A stretch of DNA of 64,000 nt from Auanema rhodensis (Eukaryota; Animalia; Nematoda): contig OZ059900.1 of NCBI GenBank assembly GCA_964057225.1, positions 19,716,001 through 19,780,000 on the forward strand. Direction: 5' to 3'. Below, piece after piece: positions 12,992 to 27,300 of this stretch (positions within the stretch are counted from its first letter, which is position 1; each line of letters begins with the position of its first letter). The position numbers and the translations under genes were made by a program. The notes under the pieces are model-generated. The model was not told the origin of the DNA, did not search any database, and was given only the letters and a program-made list of their open reading frames with translations.

Positions 12992-15900
12992 GCATGAGGT
13001 TGAACACATGAAATCGTAAGTCAAAACCTTGTTTACAGCGAAATTTCCAAAAACTGGTTTTCCAGTATAATAAAATATTTCTCATGGGAAATACTGTGTT
13101 TTTGTATTCTTCTAGTGTTCAGCATGTAAAATGCTTCATTTTAGTATGTAACACGCTGAAATTCGTTGCATTTGACGACTCATATGAACAAAAATCGATT
13201 TAATCAATATTAGCCATAAGGGGCGTGCCCTCAGAATATGCTAATTTCCTTAATTTTCTAACCCCTGTTTTTTTTGTCGTGAAAGTGGAACTAGACGTTG
13301 TACAAACAATTTTGAGCTAGGTTTCATTGACATTGCATGAGTTTGAACACATGAAATCGTAAGTCAAAACCTTGTTTACAGCGAAATTTCCAAAAACTGG
13401 TTTTCCAGCATAATAAAATATTTCTCATGAGAAATACTGTGTTTTTGTATTTTTCTAGTGTTCAGCATGTAAAATGCTTCATTTAAGTATGTAACACGCT
13501 GAAATTCGTTGCATTTGACGACTCATATGAACAAAAATCGATTTAATCAATATTAGCCATAAGGGGCGTGCCCTCAGAATATGCTAATTTCCTTAATTTT
13601 CTAACCCCTGTTTTTTTGTCGTGAAAGTGGAACTAGACGTTGTACGAACAATTTTGAGCTAGGTTTCATTGACATTGCATGAGTTTGAACACATGAAATC
13701 GTAAGTCAAAACCTTGTTTACAGCGAAATTTCCAAAAACTGGTTTTCCAGCATAATAAAATATTTCTCATGGGAAATACTGTGTTTTTGTATTTTTCTAG
13801 TGTTCAGCATGTAAAATGCTTCATTTTAGTATGTAACACGCTGAAATTCGTTGCATTTGACGACTCATATGAACAAAAATCGATTTAATCAATATTAGCC
13901 ATAAGGGGCGTGCCCTCAGAATATGCTAATTTCCTTAATTTTCTAACCCCTGTTTTTTTGTCGTGAAAGTGGAACTAGACGTTGTACGAACAATTTTGAG
14001 CTAGGTTTCCATGACATTGCATGAGTTTGAACACATGAAATCGTAAGTCAAAACCTTGTTTACAGCGAAATTTCCAAAAACTGGTTTTCCAGCATAATAA
14101 AATATTTCTCATGAGAAATACTGTGTTTTTGTATTTTTCTAGTGTTCAGCATGTAAAATGCTTCACTTAAGTATGTAACACGCTGAAATTCGTTGCATTT
14201 GACGACTGATATGAACAAAAATCGATTTAATCAATATTAGACATAAGGGGCGTGCCCTCAGAATATGCTAATTTCCTTAATTTTCTAACCCCTGTTTTTT
14301 GTCGTGAAAGTGGAACTAGACGTTGTACGAACAATTTTGAGCTAGGTTTCATTGACATTGCATGAGTTTGAACACATGAAATCGTAAGTCAAAACCTTGT
14401 TTACAGCGAAATTTCCAAAAACTGGTTTTCCAGCATAATAAAATATTTCTCATGGGAAATACTGTGTTTTTGTATTTTTCTAGTGTTCAGCATGTGGAAT
14501 GCTTCATTTTAGTATGTAACACGCTGAAATTCGTTGCATTTGACGACTCATATGAACAAAAATCGATTTAATCAATATTAGCCATAAGGGGCGTGCCCTC
14601 AGAATATGCTAATTTCCTTAATTTTCTAACCCCTGTTTTTTGTCGTGAAAGTGGAACTAGACGTTGTACAAACAATTTTGAGCTAGGTTTTATTGACATT
14701 GCATGAGTTTGAACACATGAAATCGTAAGTCAAAACCTTGTTTAGAGCGAAATTTCCAAAAACTGGTTTTCCAGCATAATAAAATATTTCTCATGGGAAA
14801 TACTGTGTTTTTGTATTTTTCTAGTGTTCAGCATGTAAAATGCTTCATTTTAGTATGTAACACGCTGAAATTCGTTGCATTTGACGACTCATATGAACAA
14901 AAATCGATTTAATCAATATTAGCCATAAGGGGCGTGCCCTCAGAATATGCTAATTTCCTTAATTTTCTAACCCCTGTTTTTTTGTCGTGAAAGTGGAACT
15001 AGACGTTGTACGAACAATTTTGAGCTAGGTTTTATTGACATTGCATGAGTTTGAACACATGAAATCGTAAGTCAAAACCTTGTTTACAGCGAAATTTCCA
15101 AAAACTGGTTTTCCAGCATAATAAAATATTTCTCATGGGAAATACTGTGTTTTTGTATTTTTCTAGTGTTCAGCATGTAAAATGCTTCATTTTAGTATGT
15201 AACACGCTGAAATTCGTTGCATTTGACGACTCATATGAACAAAAATCGATTTAATCAATATTAGCCATAAGGGGCGTGCCCTCAGAATATGCTAATTTCC
15301 TTAATTTTCTAACCCCTGTTTTTTTGTCGTGAAAGTGGAACTAGACGTTGTACGAACAATTTTGAGCTAGGTTTCATTGACATTGCATGAGTTTGAACAC
15401 ATGAAATCGTAAGTCAAAACCTTGCTTACAGCGAAATTTCCAAAAACTGGTTTTCCAGCATAATTAAATATTTCTCATGGGAAATACTGTGTTTTTGTAT
15501 TTTTCTAGTGTTCAGCATGTAAAATGCTTCATTTTAGTATGTAACACGCTGAAATTCGTTGCATTTGACGACTCATATGAACAAAAATCGATTTAATCAA
15601 TATTAGCCATAAGGGGCGTGCCCTCAGAATATGCTAATTTCCTTAATTTTCTAACCCCTGTTTTTTTGTCGTGAAAGTGGAACTAGACGTTGTACGAACA
15701 ATTTTGAGCTAGGTTTCCATGACATTGCATGAGTTTGAACACATGAAATCGTAAGTCAAAACCTTGTTTAGAGCGAAATTTCCAAAAACTGGTTTTCCAG
15801 CATAATAAAATATTTCTCATGGGAAATACTGTGTTTTTGTATTTTTCTAGTGTTCAGCATGTAAAATGCTTCATTTTAGTATGTAACACGCTGAAATTCG

Positions 15901-18121
15901 TTGCATTTGACGACTCATATGAACAAAAATCGATTTAATCAATATTAGCCATAAGGGGCGTGCCCTCAGAATATGCTAATTTCCTTAATTTTCTAACCCC
16001 TGTTTTTTTGTCGTGAAAGTGGAACTAGACGTTGTACGAACAATTTTGAGCTAGGTTTTATTGACATTGCATGAGTTTGAACACATGAAATCGTAAGTCA
16101 AAACCTTGTTTACAGCGAAATTTCCAAAAACTGGTTTTCCAGCATAATAAAATATTTCTCATGGGAAATACTGTGTTTTTGTATTTTTCTAGTGTTCAGC
16201 ATGTAAAATGCTTCATTTTAGTATGTAACACGCTGAAATTCGTTGCATTTGACGACTCATATGAACAAAAATCGATTTAATCAATATTAGCCATAAGGGG
16301 CGTGCCCTCAGAATATGCTAATTTCCTTAATTTTCTAACCCCTGTTTTTTTGTCGTGAAAGTGGAACTAGACGTTGTACGAACAATTTTGAGCTAGGTTT
16401 CATTGACATTGCATGAGTTTGAACACATGAAATCGTAAGTCAAAACCTTGCTTACAGCGAAATTTCCAAAAACTGGTTTTCCAGCATAATTAAATATTTC
16501 TCATGGGAAATACTGTGTTTTTGTATTTTTCTAGTGTTCAGCATGTAAAATGCTTCATTTTAGTATGTAACACGCTGAAATTCGTTGCATTTGACGACTC
16601 ATATGAACAAAAATCGATTTAATCAATATTAGCCATAAGGGGCGTGCCCTCAGAATATGCTAATTTCCTTAATTTTCTAACCCCTGTTTTTTTGTCGTGA
16701 AAGTGGAACTAGACGTTGTACGAACAATTTTGAGCTAAGTTTCATTGACATTGCATGAGGTTGAACACATGAAATCGTAAGTCAAAACCTTGTTTACAGC
16801 GAAATTTCCAAAAACTTCTTTTCCAGTATAATAAAATATTTCTCATGGGAAATACTGTGTTTTTGTATTCTTCTAGTGTTCAGCATGTAAAATGCTTCAT
16901 TTTAGTATGTAACACGCTGAAATTCGTTGCATTTGACGACTCATATGAACAAAAATCGATTTAATCAATATTAGCCATAAGGGGCGTGCCCTCAGAATAT
17001 GCTAATTTCCTTAATTTTCTAACCCCTGTTTTTTTTGTCGTGAAAGTGGAACTAGACGTTGTACAAACAATTTTGAGCTAGGTTTCATTGACATTGCATG
17101 AGTTTGAACACATGAAATCGTAAGTCAAAACCTTGTTTACAGCGAAATTTCCAAAAACTGGTTTTCCAGCATAATAAAATATTTCTCATGAGAAATACTG
17201 TGTTTTTGTATTTTTCTAGTGTTCAGCATGTAAAATGCTTCATTTAAGTATGTAACACGCTGAAATTCGTTGCATTTGACGACTCATATGAACAAAAATC
17301 GATTTAATCAATATTAGCCATAAGGGGCGTGCCCTCAGAATATGCTAATTTCCTTAATTTTCTAACCCCTGTTTTTTTGTCGTGAAAGTGGAACTAGACG
17401 TTGTACGAACAATTTTGAGCTAGGTTTCATTGACATTGCATGAGTTTGAACACATGAAATCGTAAGTCAAAACCTTGTTTACAGCGAAATTTCCAAAAAC
17501 TGGTTTTCCAGCATAATAAAATATTTCTCATGGGAAATACTGTGTTTTTGTATTTTTCTAGTGTTCAGCATGTAAAATGCTTCATTTTAGTATGTAACAC
17601 GCTGAAATTCGTTGCATTTGACGACTCATATGAACAAAAATCGATTTAATCAATATTAGCCATAAGGGGCGTGCCCTCAGAATATGCTAATTTCCTTAAT
17701 TTTCTAACCCCTGTTTTTTTGTCGTGAAAGTGGAACTAGACGTTGTACGAACAATTTTGAGCTAGGTTTCCATGACATTGCATGAGTTTGAACACATGAA
17801 ATCGTAAGTCAAAACCTTGTTTACAGCGAAATTTCCAAAAACTGGTTTTCCAGCATAATAAAATATTTCTCATGAGAAATACTGTGTTTTTGTATTTTTC
17901 TAGTGTTCAGCATGTAAAATGCTTCACTTAAGTATGTAACACGCTGAAATTCGTTGCATTTGACGACTGATATGAACAAAAATCGATTTAATCAATATTA
18001 GACATAAGGGGCGTGCCCTCAGAATATGCTAATTTCCTTAATTTTCTAACCCCTGTTTTTTTGTCGTGAAAGTGGAACTAGACGTTGTACGAACAATTTT
18101 GAGCTAGGTTTCATTGACATT
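12992..18121 (+). repeat. Block duplication with 11-monomer offset (3761 bp), with a nested 3-mer duplication
   Basis: Four consecutive marked monomers recur 3761 bp apart: GAGGTT/CCAGTATA/GTATTCT; GAGAAA/TTTAAG; TTTCCATG; CACTTA/ACTGATAT/TAGACAT (e.g. 14208 and 17969). TTTAGAGC at ~14744 and ~15770 gives a 1026-bp trimer. Confidence 0.8.
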
Positions 18122-21100
18122 GCATGAGTTTGAACACATGAAATCGTAAGTCAAAACCTTGTTTACAGCGAAATTTCCAAAAACTGGTTTTCCAGCATAA
18201 TAAAATATTTCTCATGAGAAATACTGTGTTTTTGTAACTTTCTAGTGTTCAGCATGTAAAATGCTTCATTTAAGTATGTAACACGCTGAAATTCGTTGCA
18301 TTTGACGACTCATATGAACAAAAATCGATTTAATCAATATTAGCCATAAGGGGCGTGCCCTCAGAATATGCTAATTTCCTTAATTTTCTAACCCCTGTTT
18401 TTTTGTCGTGAAAGTGGAACTAGACGTTGTACGAACCATTTTGAGCTAGGTTTCATTGACATTGCATGAGTTTGAACACGTGAAATCGTAAGTCAAAACC
18501 TTGTTTACAGCGAAATTTCCAAAAACTGGTTTTCCAGCATAATAAAATATTTCTCATGGGAAATACTGTGTTTTTGTATTTTTTTAGTGTTCAGCATGTA
18601 AAATGCTTCATTTTAGTATGTAACACGCTGAAATTCGTTGCATTTGACGACTCATATGAACAAAAATCGATTTAATCAATATTAGCCATAAGGGGCGTGC
18701 CCTCAGAATATGCTAATTTCCTTAATTTTCTAACCCCTGTTTTTTTGTCGTGAAAGTGGAACTAGACGTTGTACGAACAATTTTGAGCTAGGTTTCATTG
18801 ACATTGCATGAGTTTGAACACATGAAATCGTAAGTCAAAACCTTGTTTACAGCGAAATTTCCAAAAACTGGTTTTCCAGCATAATAAAATATTTCTCATG
18901 GGAAATACTGTGTTTTTGTAACTTTCTAGTGTTCAGCATGTAAAATGCTTCATTTTAGTATGTAACACGCTGAAATTCGTTGCATTTGACGACTCATATG
19001 AACAAAAATCGATTTAATCAATATTAGCCATAAGGGGCGTGCCCTCAGAATATGCTAATTTCCTTAATTTTCTAACCCCTGTTTTTTTGTCGTGAAAGTG
19101 GAACTAGACGTTGTACGAACAATTTTGAGCTAGGTTTCATTGACATTGCATGAGTTTGAACACATGAAATCGTAAGTCAAAACCTTGTTTACAGCGAAAT
19201 TTCCAAAAACTGGTTTTCCAGCATAATAAAATATTTCTCATGAGAAATACTGTGTTTTTGTATTTTTCTAGTGTTCAGCATGTATAATGCTTCATTTAAG
19301 TATGTAACACGCTGAAATTCGTTGCATTTGACGACTCATATGAACAAAAATCGATTTAATCAATATTAGCCATAAGGGGCGTGCCCTCAGAATATGCTAA
19401 TTTCCTTAATTTTCTAACCCCTGTTTTTTTGTCGTGAAAGTGGAACTAGACGTTGTACGAACAATTTTGAGCTAGGTTTCATTGACATTGCATGAGTTTG
19501 AACACATGAAATCGTAAGTCAAAACCTTGTTTACAGCGAAATTTCCAAAAACTGGTTTTCCAGCATAATAAAATATTTCTCATGGGAAATACTGTGTTTT
19601 TGTATTTTTCTAGTGTTCAGCATGTAAAATGCTTCATTTTAGTATGTAACACGCTGAAATTCGTTGCATTTGACGACTCATATGAACAAAAATCGATTTA
19701 ATCAATATTAGCCATAAGGGGCGTGCCCTCAGAATATGCTAATTTCCTTAATTTTCTAACCCCTGTTTTTTTGTCGTGAAAGTGGAACTAGACGTTGTAC
19801 GAACAATTTTGAGCTAGGTTTCATTGACATTGCATGAGTTTGAACACATGAAATCGTAAGTCAAAACCTTGTTTACAGCGAAATTTCCAAAAACTGGTTT
19901 TCCAGCATAATAAAATATTTCTCATGAGAAATACTGTGTTTTTGTATTTTTCTAGTGTTCAGCATGTAAAATGCTTCATTTAAGTATGTAACACGCTGAA
20001 ATTCGTTGCATTTGACGACTCATATGAACAAAAATCGATTTAATCAATATTAGCCATAAGGGGCGTGCCCTCAGAATATGCTAATTTCCTTAATTTTCTA
20101 ACCCCTGTTTTTTTGTCGTGAAAGTGGAACTAGACGTTGTACGAACAATTTTGAGCTAGGTTTCATTGACATTGCATGAGTTTGAACACATGAAATCGTA
20201 AGTCAAAACCTTGTTTACAGCGAAATTTCCAAAAACTGGTTTTCCAGCATAATAAAATATTTTTCATGGGAAATACTGTGTTTTTGTATTTTTCTAGTGT
20301 TCAGCATGTAAAATGCTTCTTTTTAGTATGTAACACGCTGAAATTCGTTGCATTTGACGACTCATATGAACAAAAATCGATTTAATCAATATTAGCCATA
20401 AGGGGCGTGCCCTCAGAATATGCTAATTTCCTTAATTTTCTAACCCCTGTTTTTTTGTCGTGAAAGTGGAACTAGACGTTGTACGAACAATTTTGAGCTA
20501 GGTTTCATTGACATTGCATGAGTTTGAACACATGAAATCGTAAGTTAAAACCTTGTTTACAGCGAAATTTCCAAAAACTGGTTTTCCAGCATAATAAAAT
20601 ATTTCTCATGAGAAATACTGTGTTTTTGTATTTTTCTAGTGTTCAGCATGTAAAATGCTTCATTTTAGTATGTAACACGCTGAAATTCGTTGCATTTGAC
20701 GACTCATATGAACAAAAATCGATTTAATCAATATTAGCCATAAGGGGCGTGCCCTCAGAATATGCTAATTTCCTTAATTTTCTAACCCCTGTTTTTTGTC
20801 GTGAAAGTGGAACTAGACGTTGTAGGAATAATTTTGAGCTAGGTTTCATTGACATTGCATGAGTTTGAACACATGAAATCGTAAGTCAAAACCTTGTTTA
20901 CAGCGAAATTTCCAAAAACTGGTTTTCCAGCATAATAAAATATTTCTCATGGGAAATACTGTGTTTTTGTATTTTTCTAGTGTTCAGCATGTAAAATGCT
21001 TCATTTTAGTATGTAACACGCTGAAATTCGTTGCATTTGACGACTCATATGAACAAAAATCGATTTAATCAATATTAGCCATAAGGGGCGTGCCCTCAGA

Positions 21101-21299
21101 ATATGCTAATTTCCTTAATTTTCTAACCCCTGTTTTTTGTCGTGAAAGTGGAACTAGACGTTGTACGAACAATTTTGAGCTAGGTTTCATTGACATTGCA
21201 TGAGTTTGAACACATGAAATCGTAAGTCAAAACCTTGTTTACAGCGAAATTTCCAAAAACTGGTTTTCCAGCATAATAAAATATTTCTCATGGGAAATA

Positions 21300-21320
21300 C
21301 TGTGTTTTTATTAGCATATT
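21300..21320. other. Left inversion junction (blunt; monomer position 112 (+) joined to position 254 (-))
   Basis: TGTGTTTTT|ATTAGCATATT. The forward unit would continue with G and the reverse unit would be preceded by A, so there is no overlap and no insertion. Confidence 0.93.
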
Positions 21321-24300
21321 CTGAGGGCACGCCCCTTATGACTAATATTGATTAAATCGATTTTTGTTCATATGAGTCGTCAAATGCAACGAATTTCAGC
21401 GTGTTACATACTAAAATGAAGCTTTTTACATGCTGAACACTAGAAAAATACAAAAACACAGTATTTCCCATGAGAAATATTTTATTATGCTGGAAAACCA
21501 GTTTTTGGAAATTTCGCTGTAAACAAGGTTTTGACTTACGATTTCATGTGTTCAAACTCATGCAATGTCAATGAAACCTAGCTCAAAATTGTTCGTACAA
21601 CGTCTAGTTCCACTTTCACGACAAAAAAACAGGGGTTAGAAAATTAAGGAAATTAGCATATTCTGAGGGCACGCCCCTTATGGCTAATATTGATTAAATC
21701 GATTTTTGTTCATATGAGTCGTCAAATGCAACGAATTTCAGCGTGTTACATACTAAAATGAAGCATTCTACATGCTGAACACTAGAAAAATACAAAAACA
21801 CAGTATTTCCCATGAGAAATATTTTATTATGCTGGAAAACCAGTTTTTGGAAATTTCGCTCTAAACAAGGTTTTGACTTACGATTTCATGTGTTCAAACT
21901 CATGCAATGTCAATAAAACCTAGCTCAAAATTGTCTGTACAACGTCTAGTTCCACTTTCACGACAAAAAACAGGGGTTAGAAAATTAAGGAAATTAGCAT
22001 ATTCTGAGGGCACGCCCCTTATGGCTAATATTGATTAAATCGATTTTTGTTCATATGAGTCGTCAAATGCAACGAATTTCAGCGTGTTACATACTAAAAT
22101 GAAGCATTTTACATGCTGAACACTAGAAAAATACAAAAACACAGTATTTCCCATGAGAAATATTTTATTATGCTGGAAAACCAGTTTTTGGAAATTTCGC
22201 TCTAAACAAGGTTTTGACTTACGATTTCATGTGTTCAAACTCATGCAATGTCAATAAAACCTAGCTCAAAATTGTTTGTACAACGTCTAGTTCCACTTTC
22301 ACGACAAAAAACACGGATTAAAAAATTAAGGAAATTAGCATATTCTGAGGGCACGCCCCTTATAGCTAATATTGATTAAATCGATTTTTGCTCATATGAG
22401 TCGTCAAATGCAACGAATTTCAGCGTGTTACATACTAAAATGAAGCATTTTACATGCTGAACACTAGAAAAATACAAAAACACAGTATTTCCCATGAGAA
22501 ATATTTTATTATGCTGGAAAACCAGTTTTTGGAAATTTCGCTGTAAACAAGGTTTTGACTTACGATTTCATGTGTTCAAACTCATGCAATGTCAATGAAA
22601 CCTAGCTCAAAATTGTTCGTACAACGTCTAGTTCCACTTTCACGACAAAAAAACAGGGGTTAGAAAATTAAGGAAATTAGCATATTCTGAGGGCACGCCC
22701 CTTATGGCTAATATTGATTAAATCGATTTTTGTTCATATGAGTCGTCAAATGCAACGAATTTCAGCGTGTTACATACTAAAATGAAGCATTTTACATGCT
22801 GAACACTAGAAAAATACAAAAACACAGTATTTCCCATGAGAAATATTTTATTATGCTGGAAAACCAGTTTTTGGAAATTTCGCTGTAAACAAGGTTTTGA
22901 CTTACGATTTCATGTGTTCAAACTCATGCAATGTCAATGAAACCTAGCTCAAAATTGTTCGTACAACGTCTAGTTCCACTTTCACGACAAAAAAACAGGG
23001 GTTAAAAAATTAAGGAAATTAGCATATTCTGAGGGCACGCCCCTTATGGCTAATATTGATTAAATCGATTTTTGTTCATATGAGTCGTCAAATGCAACGA
23101 ATTTCAGCGTGTTACATACACTAAAATGAACCATTTTACATGCTGAACACTAGAAAAATACAAAAACACAGTATTTCCCATGAGAAATATTTTATTATGC
23201 TGGAAAACCAGTTTTTGGAAATTTCGCTGTAAACAAGGTTTTGACTTACGATTTCATGTGTTCAAACTCATGCAATGTCAATGAAACCTAGCTCAAAATT
23301 GTTCGTACAACGTCTAGTTCCACTTTCACGACAAAAAACAGGGGTTAGAAAATTAAGGAAATTAGCATATTCTGAGGGCACGCCCCTTATGGCTAATATT
23401 GATTAAATCGATTTTTGTTCATATGAGTCGTCAAATGCAACGAATTTCAGCGTGTTACATACTAAAATGAAGCATTTCACATGCTGAACACTAGAAAAAT
23501 ACAAAAACACAGTATTTCCCATGAGAAATATTTTATTATGCTGGAAAACCAGTTTTTGGAAATTTCGCTGTAAACAAGGTTTTGACTTACGATTTCATGT
23601 GTTCAAACTCATGCAATGTCAATGAAACCTAGCTCAAAATTGTTCGTACAACGTCTAGTTCCACTTTCACGACAAAAAAACAGGGGTTAGAAAATTAAGG
23701 AAATTAGCATATTCTGAGGGCACGCCCCTTATGGCTAATATTGATTAAATCGATTTTTGTTCATATGAGTCGTCAAATGCAACGAATTTCAGCGTGTTAC
23801 ATACTAAAATGAAGCATTTTACATGCTGAACACTAGAAAAATACAAAAACACAGTATTTCCCATGAGAAATATTTTATTATGCTGGAAAACCAGTTTTTG
23901 GAAATTTCGCTCTAAACAAGGTTTTGACTTACGATTTCATGTGTTCAAACTCATGCAATGTCAATAAAACCTAGCTCAAAATTGTTTGTACAACGTCTAG
24001 TTCCACTTTCACGACAAAAAACAGGGGTTAGAAAATTAAGGAAACTAGCATATTCTGAGGGCACGCCCCTTATGGCTAATATTGATTAAATCGATTTTTG
24101 TTCATATGAGTCGTCAAATGCAACGAATTTCAGCGTGTTACATACTAAAATGAAGCATTTTACATGCTGAACACTAGAAAAATACAAAAACACAGTATTT
24201 CCCATGAGAAATATTTTATTATGCTGGAAAACCAGTTTTTGGAAATTTCGCTGTAAACAAGGTTTTGGCTTACGATTTCATGTGTTCAAACTCATGCAAT

Positions 24301-27300
24301 GTCAATGAAACCTAGCTCAAAATTGTTCGTACAACGTCTAGTTCCACTTTCACGACAAAAAAACAGGGGTTAAAAAATTAAGGAAATTAGCATATTCTGA
24401 GGGCACGCCCCTTATGGCTAATATTGATTAAATCGATTTTTGTTCATATGAGTTGTCAAATGCAACGAATTTCAGCGTGTTACATACACTAAAATGAACC
24501 ATTTTACATGCTGAACACTAGAAAAATACAAAAACACAGTATTTCCCATGAGAAATATTTTATTATACTGGAAAAGAAGTTTTTGGAAATTTCGCTGTAA
24601 ACAAGGTTTTGACTTACGATTTCATGTGTTCAAACTCATGCAATGTCAATGAAACCTAGCTCAAAATTGTTCGTACAACGTCTAGTTCCACTTTCACGAC
24701 AAAAAAACAGGGGTTAGAAAATTAAGGAAATTAGCATATTCTGAGGGCACGCCCCTTATGGCTAATATTGATTAAATCGATTTTTGTTCATATGAGTCGT
24801 CAAATGCAACGAATTTCAGCGTGTTACATACTAAAATGAAGCATTTTACATGCTGAACACTAGAAAAATACAAAAACACAGTATTTCCCATGAGAAATAT
24901 TTTATTATGCTGGAAAACCAGTTTTTGGAAATTTCGCTGTAAGCAAGGTTTTGACTTACGATTTCATGTGTTCAAACTCATGCGATGTCAATGAAACCTA
25001 GCTCAAAATTGTTCGTACAACGTCTAGTTCCACTTTCACGACAAAAAAACAGGGGTTAGAAAATTAAGGAAATTAGCATATTCTGAGGGCACGCCCCTTA
25101 TGGCTAATATTGATTAAATCGATTTTTGTTCATATGAGTCGTCAAATGCAACGAATTTCAGCGTGTTACATACTAAAATGAAGCATTTTACATGCTGAAC
25201 ACTAGAAAAATACAAAAACACAGTATTTCCCATGAGAAATATTTTATTATGCTGGAAAACCAGTTTTTGGAAATTTCGCTGTAAACAAGGTTTTGACTTA
25301 CGATTTCATGTGTTCAAACTCATGCAATGTCAATGAAACCTAGCTCAAAATTGTTCGTACAACGTCTAGTTCCACTTTCACGACAAAAAAACAGGGGTTA
25401 GAAAATTAAGGGAATTAGCATATTCTGAGGGCACGCCCCTTATGGCTAATATTGATTAAATCGATTTTTGTTCATATGAGTCGTCAAATGCAACGAATTT
25501 CAGCGTGTTACATACTAAAATGAAGCATTTTACATGCTGAACACTAGAAAAATACAAAAACACAGTATTTCCCATGAGAAATATTTTATTATGCTGGAAA
25601 ACCAGTTTTTGGAAATTTCGCTGTAAACAATGTTTTGACTTACGATTTCATGTGTTCAAACTCATGCAATGTCAATGAAACCTAGCTCAAAATTGTTCGT
25701 ACAACGTTTAGTTCCACTTTCACGACAAAAAAACAGGGGTTAGAAAATTAAGGAAATTAGCATATTCTGAGGGCACGCCCCTTATGGCTAATATTGATTA
25801 AATCGATTTTTGTTCATATGAGTCGTCAAATGCAACGAATTTCAGCGTGTTACATACGAAAATGAAGCATTTTACATGCTGAACACTAGAAAAATACAAA
25901 AACACAGTATTTCCCATGAGAAATATTTTATTATGCTGGAAAACCAGTTTTTGGAAATTTCGCTGTAAACAAGGTTTTGACTTACGATTTCATGTGTTCA
26001 AACTCATGCAATGTCAATGAAACCTAGCTCAAAATTGTTCGTACAACGTTTAGTTCCACTTTCACGACAAAAAAACAGGGGTTAGAAAATTAAGGAAATT
26101 AGCATATTCTGAGGGCACGCCCCTTATGGCTAATATTGATTAAATCGATTTTTGTTCATATGAGTCGTCAAATGCAACGAATTTCAGCGTGTTACATACT
26201 AAAATGAAGCATTTTACATGCTGAACACTAGAAAAATACAAAAACACAGTATTTCCCATGAGAAATATTTTATTATGCTGGAAAACCAGTTTTTGGAAAT
26301 TTCGCTGTAAACAAGGTTTTGACTTACGATTTCATGTGTTCAAACTCATGCAATGTCAATGAAACCTAGCTCAAAATTGTTCGTACAACGTCTAGTTCCA
26401 CTTTCACGACAAAAAAACAGGGGTTAGAAAATTAAGGAAATTAGCATATTCTGAGGGCACGCCCCTTATGGCTAATATTGATTAAATCGATTTTTGTTCA
26501 TATGAGTCGTCAAATGCAACGAATTTCAGCGTGTTACATACTAAAATGAAGCATTTTACATGCTGAACACTAGAAAAATACAAAAACACAGTATTTCCCA
26601 TGAGAAATATTTTATTATGCTGGAAAACCAGTTTTTGGAAATTTCGCTGTAAACAAGGTTTTGACTTACGATTTCATGTGTTCAAACTCATGCAATGTCA
26701 ATGAAACCTAGCTCAAAATTGTTCGTACAACGTCTAGTTCCACTTTCACGACAAAAAAACAGGGGTTAGAAAATTAAGGAAATTAGCATATTCTGAGGGC
26801 ACGCCCCTTATGGCTAATATTGATTAAATCGATTTTTGTTCATATGAGTCGTCAAATGCAACGAATTTCAGCGTGTTACATACACTAAAATGAACCATTT
26901 TACATGCTGAACACTAGAAAAATACAAAAACACAGTATTTCCCATGAGAAATATTTTATTATGCTGGAAAACCAGTTTTTGGAAATTTCGCTCTAAACAA
27001 GGTTTTGACTTACGATTTCATGTGTTCAAACTCATGCAATGTCAATAAAACCTAGCTCAAAATTGTTTGTACAACGTCTAGTTCCACTTTCACGACAAAA
27101 AACAGGGGTTAGAAAATTAAGGAAATTAGTATATTCTGAGGGCACGCCCCTTATAGCTAATATTGATTAAATCGATTTTTGTTCATATGAGTCGTCAAAT
27201 GCAACGAATTTCAGCGTGTTACATACTAAAATGAAGCATTTTACATGCTGAACACTAGAAAAATACAAAAACACAGTATTTCCCATGAGAAATATTTTAT

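Larger units (their letters stand above)
1..21309 (+). repeat. Forward-orientation satellite block 1 (62 full monomers plus monomer positions 1-112)
   Basis: Head-to-tail 342-bp units. The last unit starts at 21198 and stops after ...AATACTGTGTTTTT (monomer position 112). Confidence 0.97.
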